A stretch of 64,000 bases of DNA, taken from Catajapyx aquilonaris. Its lineage: Eukaryota. The stretch's first letter is position 1; the number at the start of each line of letters is the position of its first letter. The notes beneath the pieces are model-generated. The model saw nothing but the letters and a program-made list of their open reading frames with translations, had not been told where the DNA came from and did no database searches. The position numbers and the translations under genes are program-made. The stretch is from assembly GCA_000934665.2 (NCBI GenBank), contig JYFJ02001718.1, positions 1 to 64,000 on the forward strand, given 5' to 3'. This document shows, piece after piece, positions 1 through 12,400 of this stretch.

Positions 1-196
1 TGCGACCCTTCTTTTGTGTGGGGAGGGAGGGATCGAGTGTCTCCTCTTTCGGCTAGAGTTGGAACTCGAAGAAGTCCGGATTTTCTTTATCCCCGTCTTA
101 AATCACCGGACTTGAGTCAGGCATAATCCGGAGTAGCCATCGGCGCGGAGGGAACCGTCCCACTGTCGCCAAATAAATGAATCATCTGCATGTTAA

Positions 197-611
197 AGGG
201 ACACTCCACTCAAAAAACAAGTTTGGCTCTAAAAATCGGGCAAAAAATCCTGAATCCGACGGTGCAATTCGTTTTTCGCCACGCGGAACGGTAATCCCAG
301 GGCGAGATGTCAAAGTATGTCGTCTGCTAATGATCCGTGCTGCCACGCGGGGAACAGGGGAACTGGAGGGCTACACCGCTCTGGGATAGGCCTAAGCGCG
401 GGGGCAGGCGGGAGCAGCCCTACAGTTCCCAAGGTCCCGAGGGCGTCGCTGGCGGATGGCCAGCTTCTAGCGCACTATTTGAATTTCCCCACTTTGACCC
501 CTCGTCCTGGGATTACCGTTCCGCGTAGCGAAAAACGGATTGCACCTTCGGATTCTGGATTTTTTGCGCGATTGTTAGAGCCAAACTTGTTTTTTTGAGT
601 GGAGTGTCCCT
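197..611. mobile_element. Non-autonomous TIR element (MITE) with TTAA target-site duplication; Kolobok-like termini
   Basis: Left end TTAA|AGGGACACTCCACTCAAAAAACAAGTTTGGCTCTAA... is the reverse complement of right end ...TTAGAGCCAAACTTGTTTTTTTGAGTGGAGTGTCCCT|TTAA. Imperfect TIR of ~110 bp; TTAA at 193-196 and 612-615. RR...YY termini with a TTAA TSD fit Kolobok rather than piggyBac (inference). Confidence 0.85.
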
Positions 612-639
612 TTAAAATAGGTGCTTTTCAAACCCTGCA

Positions 640-806
640 CGGAAAAGTAACTTGGTAACTTTCGTTACAAAGTTACTGTTTAAAGGTAACTAGTTACAAG
701 TACTAGTTACTTGTGCACAAAAGTAACGAAGTTACCGGGAAAAGTACTCAAAAAGTAACTAGTTACTAGTAACGCGTTATTTCTACTCAGTTACTACCCA
801 ACTCTG
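640..806. mobile_element. GTAAC/GTTAC-rich terminus of a non-autonomous DNA transposon (other end not in window)
   Basis: Dense AGTAAC/GTTACT subterminal repeats ending ...AGTTACTACCCAACTCTG (rc CAGAGTTGGGTAGTAACT), resembling hAT-type MITE ends. Confidence 0.5.
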
Positions 807-891
807 AAAATTATGATCACAAACATTAACTGTCGGCTGTATTTAAAAAATGCCAATTTGAGCATGTTTGATGAGCAATGGTTCATTGCAG

Positions 892-3800
892 GTGCACAAA
901 TTTTGTGACCATGACAATCATGTCAACGAAGCTCCCAACCCGCACAGCAACTTGTGTGGTGGAAAGAGTGTGTGGGAGGTCATAACCAGCCATGAGGACT
1001 TTGCCAATGGAATGTAAGTTATCATGTTTGTTATTTGAACAATTTTCCTTAATGGAGTGATATTGATGTGAGAAAGGGGTCATGTGCCTTCATTTGTAAA
1101 GGAAATCCTGTCCACATCACTGTAATCCTTGTCACAATAATTGCTATCAGGGAACAACGATATCAGTTGCACACAATAATTCTTTTATTCATTACATTGA
1201 ATGATAATAATAGTTAAAATGATACGCGTCAATAACACTTGTACTTTTTCTCCTTCAGAAATCCTCCAACACATGCATTGAACACAACACCTACTTTCAC
1301 CATAGTAAAGCAGCGTTCACCTCGTTATGTTTTAGTCTTGGATGTTTCTGACACCGAGGAAGAAAAAGTGAGTTCCTGTCATTTTTGGTTATGTTGACAT
1401 TATTTTCTAATAATTATCTTTTCAGAAGAGAAGTCTCATTCTAAATGGTGCTATACGACGATGGATAAAAAATGATGTTGCTCATCAAAAAAAAGTGACT
1501 CTAGGCATTGTTACATACAGGTAACATAAATGGCAGTCATTGTCACTATACCCACATGCTGTACTTACACATCAATCATAACATATTTCCATGAACAAGC
1601 ATTAGTAAAATATAACATTTGGTCTTCATATTCTGACAAATTAATTACACATTTAATATTAACATGTGCCATTTTATTTGCAGCCAAAACAGTTCAATTG
1701 TTGCAAACCTCACTCTGGTGAATTCAGATACTTATTCAGACCTTATGAATCGAGTACCTTCAAGTACCGATGTACATGATGACCAACGATGCATATCATG
1801 TGGTATAGAAACAGCACTGAAGGTGACTTTCAGGAGTTTTGACAGAGTATAAAATAATAATTAAAACTATTTATTTTGTTTTACACAGATGTTAGGCTCA
1901 GAAGGAATCATCATCTTGATATCTTCAGGCCCTCAAAATGCAGGTAGACCCATGACAGACCTGTTACCTCAACTTAAACGTTCAAATACTCGGCTAGTCA
2001 CAGTCTCGTTTGGGTTAGCAAATTGATACTCACACGTTATTAATAATGTTAGAAAATAATGAGCTACACCTCTTTGCTTTCTTGCACAGAAAGGAGGCAG
2101 ATACTCGACTGACGAACATGTCTGTATCCACAAACGCAAGGAGCTTCTTGGCAACAGGATATATAAGTCTGCACGGTGCACTGGAGAGTACCCTGGTGTA
2201 TTACGCACAACTGGATGCTTACAAACGGCCTATTGTGGTAGGTGTAACATGTACATGCAAAATTTTAACAAAATAATTCTGGTAATAATTTTGAAGTGTA
2301 AGTAATTATACACTGGGAAGTTGATAAATGTTCATGATTAATCCACACATGATGTTTCAGAAATTACGTTTAATTGTCATTAACTTGTTGCCTGACCCTT
2401 TCAGATAGAGGAACGGGAATATCAAAATCTTAGCCGAGAATTGCTCACTGGAACCTTTGGGATTGACGACAGCATTGGAACTAACTTATCCGTGGAAATT
2501 GCATACAGCAGACGAGATTACATTAGCGACATCATAATTACTGGGCCAGATGCACCAGTGTATTCAGGAGTCGACAAGAATATAAAGTGGGATGATGAAG
2601 TGAATGTTACCTCGTTGCGTCTGATCACAGCCAGTGTAAGCTATTGACAAATATCAGAAATGCAGAACAATAATATTAGAGTCTCAATATTCAGATTTAG
2701 ACTCAAAAAGTCCTTATCACATCAGTTTCTTTGTATGTGTCAAGAAGTCAATTGCATCAACTAAATGTGACTCTGATTATTCTGCAAAGGTCTTGTTAAG
2801 AGCATAAGTTATGTACAACTATTACATCCACAGCCTGGACTCTGGAGGTACTTTATAGTAGTAGGGAAAGTGACGGAGGATGAAAGTGATTACGTCGCAC
2901 TGTCTGTGAAGGCAAAACCTCGTGATTCACTGCAGCTTCCATTGGAGATTGACTGCAACGTGATAACAGAAACTGACTATGTGAATCCTGAAATTACACG
3001 TGTCAAAATTGTGGCAAAGATCACTCAGGCCGATCTTCCGGTCATTAATGCCCATGCCAAGTGAGTAAGGTACATTTTAAGACCATTAATAGTTTTATGA
3101 GCTTCAATTTGTTTGCATAATAAATATACAACAATGTGGTCCTTCCAGAGGTGTGGTAACACAAGCAGAATCAAACCAGCCAGTAAAGCTTCATCTGTGG
3201 GATAACGGATCAGGAGCAGATCTGGTCAAAAACGATGGTGTTTATTCTGGATACCTGACTGAATTTGAGGTCAACGGGTTGTACTCGGTCAAGTGTGAAG
3301 CATGGAATCACAAGGATGGAAAAATTAATGCTTATGTCAACAAGGGTATTCCTGGAAGAAGTAAGTCTGGGACACAGTCAGAAGTCAAGCATCAATGTTG
3401 TCAACAATTAATTTGGGTTTCAGGTGAGCCGTTTTGCTTCGGAAGTGAGTTTCCAGTGGGAGAAAATCTTGAACCATTGCATGCTTTCAACCGGACTGTA
3501 CCTGGTGGCACCTTTTTGGTAAGTCTACCAGGTGACTATTTTTATTTGTACTGAAAATGTTGACTCAACAATGCTACTGTGCCAAGGTTATGTTATCATT
3601 GCCCTAGATTGTGATGAAATATTTCCACATGTGTGAATTGCCTTTATCACACATGTAGGATGTTGCATAATCGGTTCAACCATCAGTTTTGTTATTTGAA
3701 CTTTGCCTCACTCTGATTGGAAAATCCCAGTGACAATGACCAAGATGCAAAGGCAATGAGAACAGTTTGAAGCATCACTTAAAATGTTGTTTATTTGTAT

Positions 3801-4582
3801 GTAGGTGAACGGCAGCAAATCAACCACCACTGACTTCCTGCCTCCTAACCGCATATCCGACCTATCTGCTAAAATTGTTGGCAACAGTGTTGAACTCCAC
3901 TGGACCGCTCCTGGAGATGAACTGGACATTGGACAAGGTACAAATCCTGTCACCAAGCTAATATGACCTAAAAGCAAGCCCGGCGTATTATTTTACATTT
4001 CCAGCACTCAAGTATGAGATCAAGTACTCCAGCAACTTCTTGTCCATCCGAGACCATTTTGAGGGTCCTGACAACCACAGGGTGGTCCATACTGAAAAGC
4101 CTTCAATGGCTGGGAGGCCAGAAGTGCTGGAAGTTGACGGTCTCCACACCTTCCAGAGTGCAACAAGTCGTGTGTGCTACATGGCCATCACAGCTCAAGA
4201 TGAGCAAAACCACACATCTCCAGTATCCAACATAGCCACTGTGGTCCTTCCTATCTCCTTCGTTCCATTCCTGACTACAACCCCTGATGGCTTGACCACC
4301 ACTGAGGATTACTACGATGATTACTTTAACATGGATGGACTCAATGAAGGAGAAGCTCTTGGGCTGTCTCTTGGGGTTGTCGTTGGGGTCATTGTGCTGG
4401 CACTTATCTTTGCCTTTATAGTGGTCAGGAAGAAGAGTGCGACCAAGTTCAGGCAGAGGTTCAGGGCCACAGCCTACTACCATGGAGGACCTCAGGACAA
4501 CAACCTGATCATGCCGTCCTGGAAGACTGACTACATTTTCACTATCAATGGAAGCTACGATGGAACCGACACTATTGTATGA
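892..4582 (+). CDS. CLCA-family protein 1 (5'-partial, multi-exon): Cys-rich end of metalloprotease domain, vWA, beta-rich, FNIII-like, C-terminal TM and cytoplasmic tail
   Basis: Spliced exons give FCDHDNHVNEAPNPHSNLCGGKSVWEVI, RYVLVLDVSDT, CISCGI, LWDNGSGADLVKNDGVYSGY, PPNRISDL, WTAPGDELDIG and TM ALGLSLGVVVGVIVLALIFAFIVV-RKK; stop at 4580-4582. Signal peptide and HExxH exons lie upstream of the window. Confidence 0.9.
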
Positions 4583-5014
4583 CTCTGCATGTGCATAAAT
4601 ATAATACAGATATTTATTTGTCACTTTATTTATCATGCGTTTTAATTCATCTCGAATATGCCATGTCCAATTATTCAAGTGTGGTTGTGGCATGTTCCAA
4701 GTGCTGCTTTACAAGTGGTTGCAACGCATATTAAACTGTCCCCATTGCGAAAATCTGAGCACTTATGTAATCAAGTAAATCATTTCGAGTCACCATGCTC
4801 ATTTTAATTGCACCAACAGTCAGTGCAATTTTTTTCATCCTAGTTCTCTTCCTGACCCTCTAATGTGTTCGGGGTCAGTGATAATGAAGCCTGCTTCTGG
4901 AGTGCCTCATGCTGCACTTGTCTAAACTGACCAAAAAAAAAAGTAATGCGAAATATATTGCACATAGACCGGAAAAAGAGTTTGCAGTTGGTGCCACGGC
5001 CTCAGTAGTTCGAG

Positions 5015-8000
5015 ATGCTGCTCTTTCCACTTGCTCTTTTATTGTCCAATTGGGCAGCAGCTGTGGTCATCAGGCACAACGGATATGAAGATATCCTCGT
5101 GGGGATATCACCTCAAGTCAAAGAAGATCCGCATCTACTAGAATCAATCAAGGTATAGCTATCTAAGGTTGTAGATTGTATAGCCTATAGTGGCCGTTAG
5201 TTAATTGAGATTATGATCTGTTCAGAGGTTGTTTGAAAGTGGAAGCTCATTGTTGTACCAAGCGACACGAAGAAGGGCTTATTTCAAGGAGGTCACCGTT
5301 GTAATACCTTCTTCCTGGACCAACACACCTGTGGACGACCTGACGGACACCGTGTTTGACGTAAGTCTTATTTGGTCTGTCAAAAAAAGGTTCTGACACT
5401 TCAGAACTCTATCAAGGTAAAAATTCTGTTGCAAATCGACATACTTTGACATGCTGTTGATTTGTTGTAGGATTCGGACATACGAGTGAATTACCCAGGT
5501 CACGTACATGACAATCCTCACACCTTGCAAACCAGAGGTTGTGGCCAACCAGGTGACCACATACACCTTCCAACCTCCTTCCTGTTATCAAACGAGTCTA
5601 ATTACGGCGATCCAGGTAATTACCAGCAACCTGTAAACCATCAGTCGGATATTAACCACTTAAAATATTACGCAGCCAAAGTACTGGTCCATGAATGGGC
5701 TCACTTGCGGTACGGAGTTTTCGACGAGTACGGAATTCCGGGTGACCTGCTTCATCCGTACTTCTTCAGGAGAGGTGGACACAACAAGAATGACAAAAAG
5801 GCTCCTAAGCTTGTGTTCAACATCTGTGCAGCCAGGGACGTACCAGGAAAATTATGGTAAGTGTCCCAATACTTTTTATAACACACGGTACATACTCTTG
5901 ACACACACACAGGGACGAGACAACAGGTCTGTCGTGTAGAACCGACCCTGAGACTGATCTTCCGGATGAAAACTGCAGATTCTCTCCAGCTGACAACAAC
6001 ATACAAGTTTCTCTCATGTCATATCCGCACCTTGAATCAGTAAGTTGTTGCATAGCCAAAACATTAAAAAAACATTAATTCAGGCATCATTTTTCTGCGA
6101 CGATACCGGCGAACATCGACACGATTCAAAAGCACCGACCAAACACAACATTTTGTGCAGCGGAAGAAGCACCTGGGATGTCATCAGAAGCAACGAAGAT
6201 TTTTCAGGCGGAAGGTTTGTCATTTTTTTCTGTGCATAATTAACTCACTATCGCAATTTTATTTGTTTCTAAGGCGAGGTCCCTAATTATATTCGTAATG
6301 ACCTCGCGGTTCTTTTCCGGTTTAGATTATTTTTGCACAGAGTTGAACGACATGATTTTTACAGAAACGAGCCAGCCGATATTGCAGACACCAAGCCTCA
6401 CTTTAAGGTCATTCAGACGGGGTCACCACGATTTGTGCTGGTCATGGACATGGCTGGAAAAAGCCAGGTAAAATCACGAAAATTTATTTAAGCATATGCA
6501 CTATAATCATAACTTATTTTAGGCTGAAATTAACAACCTGAGAATGATTGTGGCTCGATGGGTTTCATACGAGCTTCCACGTAATATGCTACTGAGCATA
6601 ATCGAATTCAGGTAACACTTAGTTAAGTACTGATCAATTATTTTAGAGATAATTGGGAAAATTTTCAGCCGAACTGCAGTGAACATATTGCCTTTGACAC
6701 CAATCCAAGGTCGTCAATGGAACCCGTTAAAAAATTACATCGAGTACCCTCGTCATACTCGAAAATCCAGATGCATCGGATGCGGTCTGAACGAAGCTAT
6801 GAAGGTGTGTAAATAATTATTGTGAAGTAATTAGCAAAATTGCATATTCGCAAATTTTCAGATGCTTGAGAATGAAGGCGTTATCATCCTAGTCACAGAC
6901 GGATCTGAAACTCAAAAGCCGTTCATTTATGACGTCAAACCTAAAGTGATCAGCGCTAGAACTCGAGTGGTTTCTATCTCCATAACGTAAATAGTTTCGC
7001 TGTACATTTACGTAGCAAGATAATTTGTAACATTTTTTTTGTACCGCAGGGAATTGGCTGACCACCAGGTTGACCAGCTGGCTGACAAAACAAATGGCGT
7101 CAAAATATTTGCCAAAGAATTGCGCGACTTACCACAAGTACTGTCAAATCTGGGCGTATACAGAAGTCTAAGCGCATTAAAAAATCCAGAGAGTCTGGTA
7201 AATATTCATGAAAACATTGCCACTAGACACACCAGGCAACCCACATTGGTTTATGTTTCAACTAGAAGTCATGTGGGTTGCGATACATGTCTAGGTACAT
7301 CCTAATGTTTCTAGACATAACCCATGGGTTATCTTGCAGCTTTTTGAAGAGCAATACACGCAGTTTGGTATCTACACCGGCGAGTTTGTGGTTGACATCT
7401 CGACCGCAAGCTTCACTTTTCAAATCAGTCACAGCAGGAAGCAGGTCATAAATCAGGTGGCACTTCACAGTCCTTACGACAACAACTATAGCCTGGAAGA
7501 TGCAGGGACAGACACAGACAACGGTGTGACACTGATCAAACCCAAAAGAGCCGAGGTCGGTTCATAAGTATAGTATTTGGCAAGAGTTCAAACTGTCACT
7601 TTGTCTTTGTTATGTATGTATAGCAAGGGATGTGGACATTTTACATCCGGCTGGAGGAGATGACACCGGAAGACTATGTCCTGGTGTCAGTCAAGGCCGA
7701 AGTTGATCCCAAGGAAGCGATCAAGACGCGGTGTTGGATCAGTCCTCATTTAGAGACAGTTGACCCCGAGGTCGAGAGGGTGTCCATTTTTGCCCAATTG
7801 GAGCAACGAGGCGAGCCTGTCATCGGGGCCAAAGTCATGTACGCTCACCTGCTGCTGTGTTAACAACTGTTGCACAATTATTAACTAACGAGCTAAATGA
7901 AATATCGCCAATTATTTTGGATTGAATTTGCATTGATGCAACCGGGCGCAATGAGCAATTTTCATTTAAAAAAATATATATCAATTTTCCTGTTAGGGCT

Positions 8001-9018
8001 CAGGTGACCCAGCCCGGACCGGTGACCAGGTCGCTTCAGATTGACCTCTGGGACAATGGGGCTGGAGCTGACATTACCCGCAATGATGGTGTGTACTCCA
8101 GGTATTTGACCAACTACAACGGTCCTGGTCATTACAAGGTGAGATGTCGAGCCTGGAATGACGGTCATGCTACGATCAGCACTGACTTTTTGTCATCAGG
8201 AGTGCTTCCTAGGAATCCAGGTGTGCCAGTTAATTTATCATATAAATAATATTTCAACTGTTATAATAATTCCATCGCATAATTATTAGGACTTCTGAGT
8301 CCAAAGCAACGAATCTTCAACGGTACCAGCTTCACATCAGACGTGCATAACTTCACAAGGGAGTCAATTGCCGGATCCTTCAAGGTCAGCATCCAATTAA
8401 TGGGTTCACATGTATCGCGTCTAATTAACGTGAAATGTAGGTCAGCCGCGTAATGCCGCGTCGGGACACCCTGCCGCCGTACCCGGTAACGGACCTGACA
8501 GGTCGCATTGTGTCCAGGCCGATAGACAGCGTGACAGGAAAGAAGCGAAGGACATTTCAGCTCAGATGGACAGCACCTGGAGATGACCTGGACAAAGGAC
8601 GAGGTCTATTATTTTGTTTTATTGCTTTTATTATTAATTAATAACCTAATTAGGGTGTAATGCTAACGTGGCCATTCCAGCCAGCCATTACATGCTGAAA
8701 ATCGCGACCAACTTCAACGACCTTTCTGGCTCGGACTTCCTGACCCGAGTGACCACAGTGACCGAAAGAGACCTCCTAGAAGGCTCGTTAGTCCCATTGG
8801 TTTCGGGTCAGGTTCAAGAGGTCACACTGAATCCGAAACGGCTGGACCTGAAGGCCAACGTGGTGTTTTACTTCGCGATAAAGGCCATGGATGACTCCGG
8901 CAACATCAGCGACCTTTCCAACGTCATGTCAATGACCATTGCCAAGGCCAGGGACACTAAGAAGAAGAAGAAGAAGCAAAATAAGAACAGAAAGGGCAAG
9001 AAAAGCAAACGACTGTAA
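5015..9018 (+). CDS. CLCA-family protein 2 (multi-exon); no TM, polybasic C-terminus
   Basis: Signal peptide MLLFPLALLLSNWAAA then VVIRHNGYEDILVGISPQVKEDP; GCGQPG; HEWAHLRYGVFDEY (5690-5704); LWDNGAGADITRNDGVYSRY; WTAPGDDLDKG; ends ARDTKKKKKKQNKNRKGKKSKRL*; AATAAA about 20 nt after the stop. Confidence 0.92.
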
Positions 9019-9412
9019 TCATTTGTCACGCTCTAGAATAAATACACATTTTTTTTTTTTGCAACACGTTATTTTTGAGGGCATGAAAAAGGGTTGTTAT
9101 GGCGACGCAATTAGATCGCGATATGGGCTGTGCTCGTAAACACGAGTGTGTGCCAAAGTTCAAACGAAACGTGAGCACATACTCCGCCAGTCAGCTTCAC
9201 GTGTAGGTCGGAATTGGAGGAGAATGCGAGGTCCTCCCTAGTAAGTTGCTTCTGGCTCATCCTTAGGACCCTCAATTGGCTCAAGTGCTCTGGAACCAGA
9301 CTACTTTATATAGAGGAAGAAGAAAGACAAGGGTAGGAGGAGAAGGAGGAATCTTCTTCAGATCCCAAAGTGGTTTTTCGCACTTTAAGACAGTGCAGAG
9401 ACTCAACACCAT

Positions 9413-12400
9413 ATGGTTTGTAAGTGGGTTGTGGGTGTGGTCTTTTGGTCGTCGGTTCTGTCGATACGATTCGAGCGGAATGGGTACGAGGACTTGGTGA
9501 TTGGAATTTCGCCGGAAGTCAAGGAAAACCATGAGCTTGTGGATGCCTTGAAGGTCAGTACAGTCTAAGCACGATTTTTTTTTGGCTTATTAGTGCATAA
9601 TTTTATTTTAAAGGAACTAGTGATAAATGCGAGCCGATTGCTGTACATAGCCACGAGGCAGAGGTCATACTTCAGGGAGGTCAAAATATTAATACCGTCG
9701 TCATGGAGCCATATCGGAACAGATGACGGTTACGTGTATGAGGTAATAAATTACATGCGGTTTGGCTACTTATAACTTTGCAAAAACCATATCCTGCTGA
9801 TTACTAATTTACAGGATTCGCACATACGGATTGCTTCCAGGGAGCGATCACATGATCCATTCACGTTACAAACTAAAGGTTGTGGTGAGCCTGCCGATTA
9901 TATTATTCTGACGCCTGAATTCCTTCTGAAACACAAAGGATCACATGTGGACATTGGTATGCATCTGACTCATGACTTGCAATATAAAAGCCAAGTTTCA
10001 TTTTTATCTAGAGAGTTTATCATGCACATTTCACTGCTTAATGTTTAGATAACTTCTACTTTTTTTTAAATGTTAATTTCCTCGGCTCTGACATATGGCA
10101 GTATCAAGTTGTTCTGATTATGTTGCAGCCAAGCGGTTCGTCCATGAATGGGCGCGATTGAGATACGGAGTTTTTGAGGAGATGGGTGTCTCTTGGGACA
10201 CAAGATATCCGCTTTATTACATCCGGAATTACTATACTTCCAGAGGCCTAGAAGCAAGACCTACTTGGAACGTATGCTCGCCCAAAGATATATCAGGACA
10301 TTCCAGGTACAGAAAATGATTACAATTTCTGTTTGGACAGCTGCTGACTAATGGATTTATATATAATCAGGAACAAAATCACAGGAAAAGAATGTGATAT
10401 TGATCCAAGCAAAGGAATTCCGGATGAAAACTGCGAATTTTATCCAGACCCAAATTTGCGAATAAATGCGTCACTAATGGCGTTCACTAACGTAGAATCG
10501 GTCAGTACATTTCATACATCAGTGCGTTAAACAACTCATAACTTACAGTGGATTTATTATTGATTTACTCCTACGTATATGACTCAAGGGTTACCTTTTG
10601 TAATCACAGGTGCATTTATTTTGTGATAACACGTTTGAAAATGGACATGTGATAGAGGCTCCTACCAGGCACAATGTAATGTGTGGTGGAAAAAGCACGT
10701 GGGATGTGATTACCCAGCATGTGGACTTTGCAAATGGACAGTGAGTGTTTTTAAGTTTATGTAAATGCGGGCTCAATTAATTAGTGTCTATTTATAATAA
10801 TTCCCAAAACAGTAATTTAGCGAGGGAGGTGTCGAGCACAGTGCCTGTGTTCAGCATTGTGCAGACGACAAAGCTTCGCATTGTGCTGGTTGTTGACATA
10901 TCTGGCAGCATGGTGGAGCAGGTACAGCCTTGTAACACCAAATTATGATGGTACCAACAGCCCTCATTAATCAAACATTTTCAGGACAAAATAGGACGAT
11001 TACGCTCATCTTTAGTGTGGTGGATCAAAAATGAAGTGCCAGATGGAGCCGAATTAGGAATAGTCACATTCAGGTAGCCTACTTCATTATTGAATTGAAT
11101 TCATTAATATAATCTATAGTTCATGAAATATTCATTGCCATGTAGTACACATATGTCAATTGACTAAACTTAACGAAAATGTCAAGGTCGAGACAATTTA
11201 ATTTTGACATATTTTTATAGCGATTACACAGAAGTCCTGGCAACCCTTAGCCCAATTAATCCAGACACGAGATCTCAACTGTATAAACTACTGCCAAAAG
11301 AAGCCGTCCATTCGGCGGTCACTTGTATCGGTTGTGCTGTACAAGTGGCTCAGAAGGTATAATTGTGGTTATGAAATGAGGCATAAATGCCGACAAGACT
11401 TTCTTTTAAGTGACTGCAATTTTTTTTCTTCTTCGTCTCATGATATAAAAAAATAGATGCTTAGAAGAGGAGGAGTTATGGTGCTAGTCACAGACGGAGT
11501 GGAAAATAAGTGGCCTTACATTTCAGAAGTGACTCAAGCTTCTGTGGAATCAAAGTGCCGTGTTTTTTCCATCACTTTTACGTAAGTGAAGTTAGATTTG
11601 AGTACTGCATACTTTTGATATCTAATGAGGGTTGTGTTGTGCTTAAGGGATGAGCCACACTCAAGCATAGACGCATTATCAGAGGCCACTGGAGGGAGAT
11701 CCTTTTACGTCAAAAATGCAGCTGATATATTCAAAGCGCTTTGGTCCATAGGGAAATACATGTGGAGACAACCCCAATCTGTAGTAAATATCACCAAATT
11801 TAATATTCTAATTTTTAAAAAAGCAAAATTCACAATTTGACAAATTTTTGCAGCTAGTTGTAAGCGAATTTACGAATTCCGGGCAGCACAACGAGGAATT
11901 TTATGTGGACGAAGACACCAAGGACAACTTAGTGATTCAAATGGTATACAGCAGGAAGGAATATATTAGTGATGCGTATGCCTTAAGCCCATTTTGGAAA
12001 GGAGGTAATATGTACCTGCTTCAAAGGGATCCAAGCAACAATCTGGCCACGATTCATCCAGACATTGCTGAAGTGAGTGTAAACATGCACGTCATGCAAT
12101 AATAATATTTTTTTTATATAAATGGTATGAAGCCCAAATAAGTTCAATTTTCCTAACATTTCAGACAGGAAGCTGGACATTTCGGGCTGAGTTGGATCAA
12201 AAATCAAAGGACGATTATGCACTAATTATCGTGAAACAAGTGTCAAACAAATTGACATATCGCACTAGTGCATCGTGCTGGTTGAGTACAAAGAGAGTCG
12301 ACCCTACAAAAGACAAGCTAGTCATATTTGCTCAAGTAACGAGAGGCGAAGAACCTGTGATAGGATGTGAAGTCTGGTGAGTTACACTTGTCTTGTTCAA

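Noticed and set aside
177..598. Three short GC-rich ORFs
   Set aside because: They lie within a 415-bp MITE; no coding signature.
4103..4693. 196-aa minus-strand ORF
   Set aside because: Antisense shadow of the CLCA-1 last exon; no independent support.
6229..7294. Short imperfect inverted repeats in CLCA-2 introns (6229-6339, 7222-7294)
   Set aside because: Stems are short and degenerate; cannot be distinguished from old MITE debris or chance.
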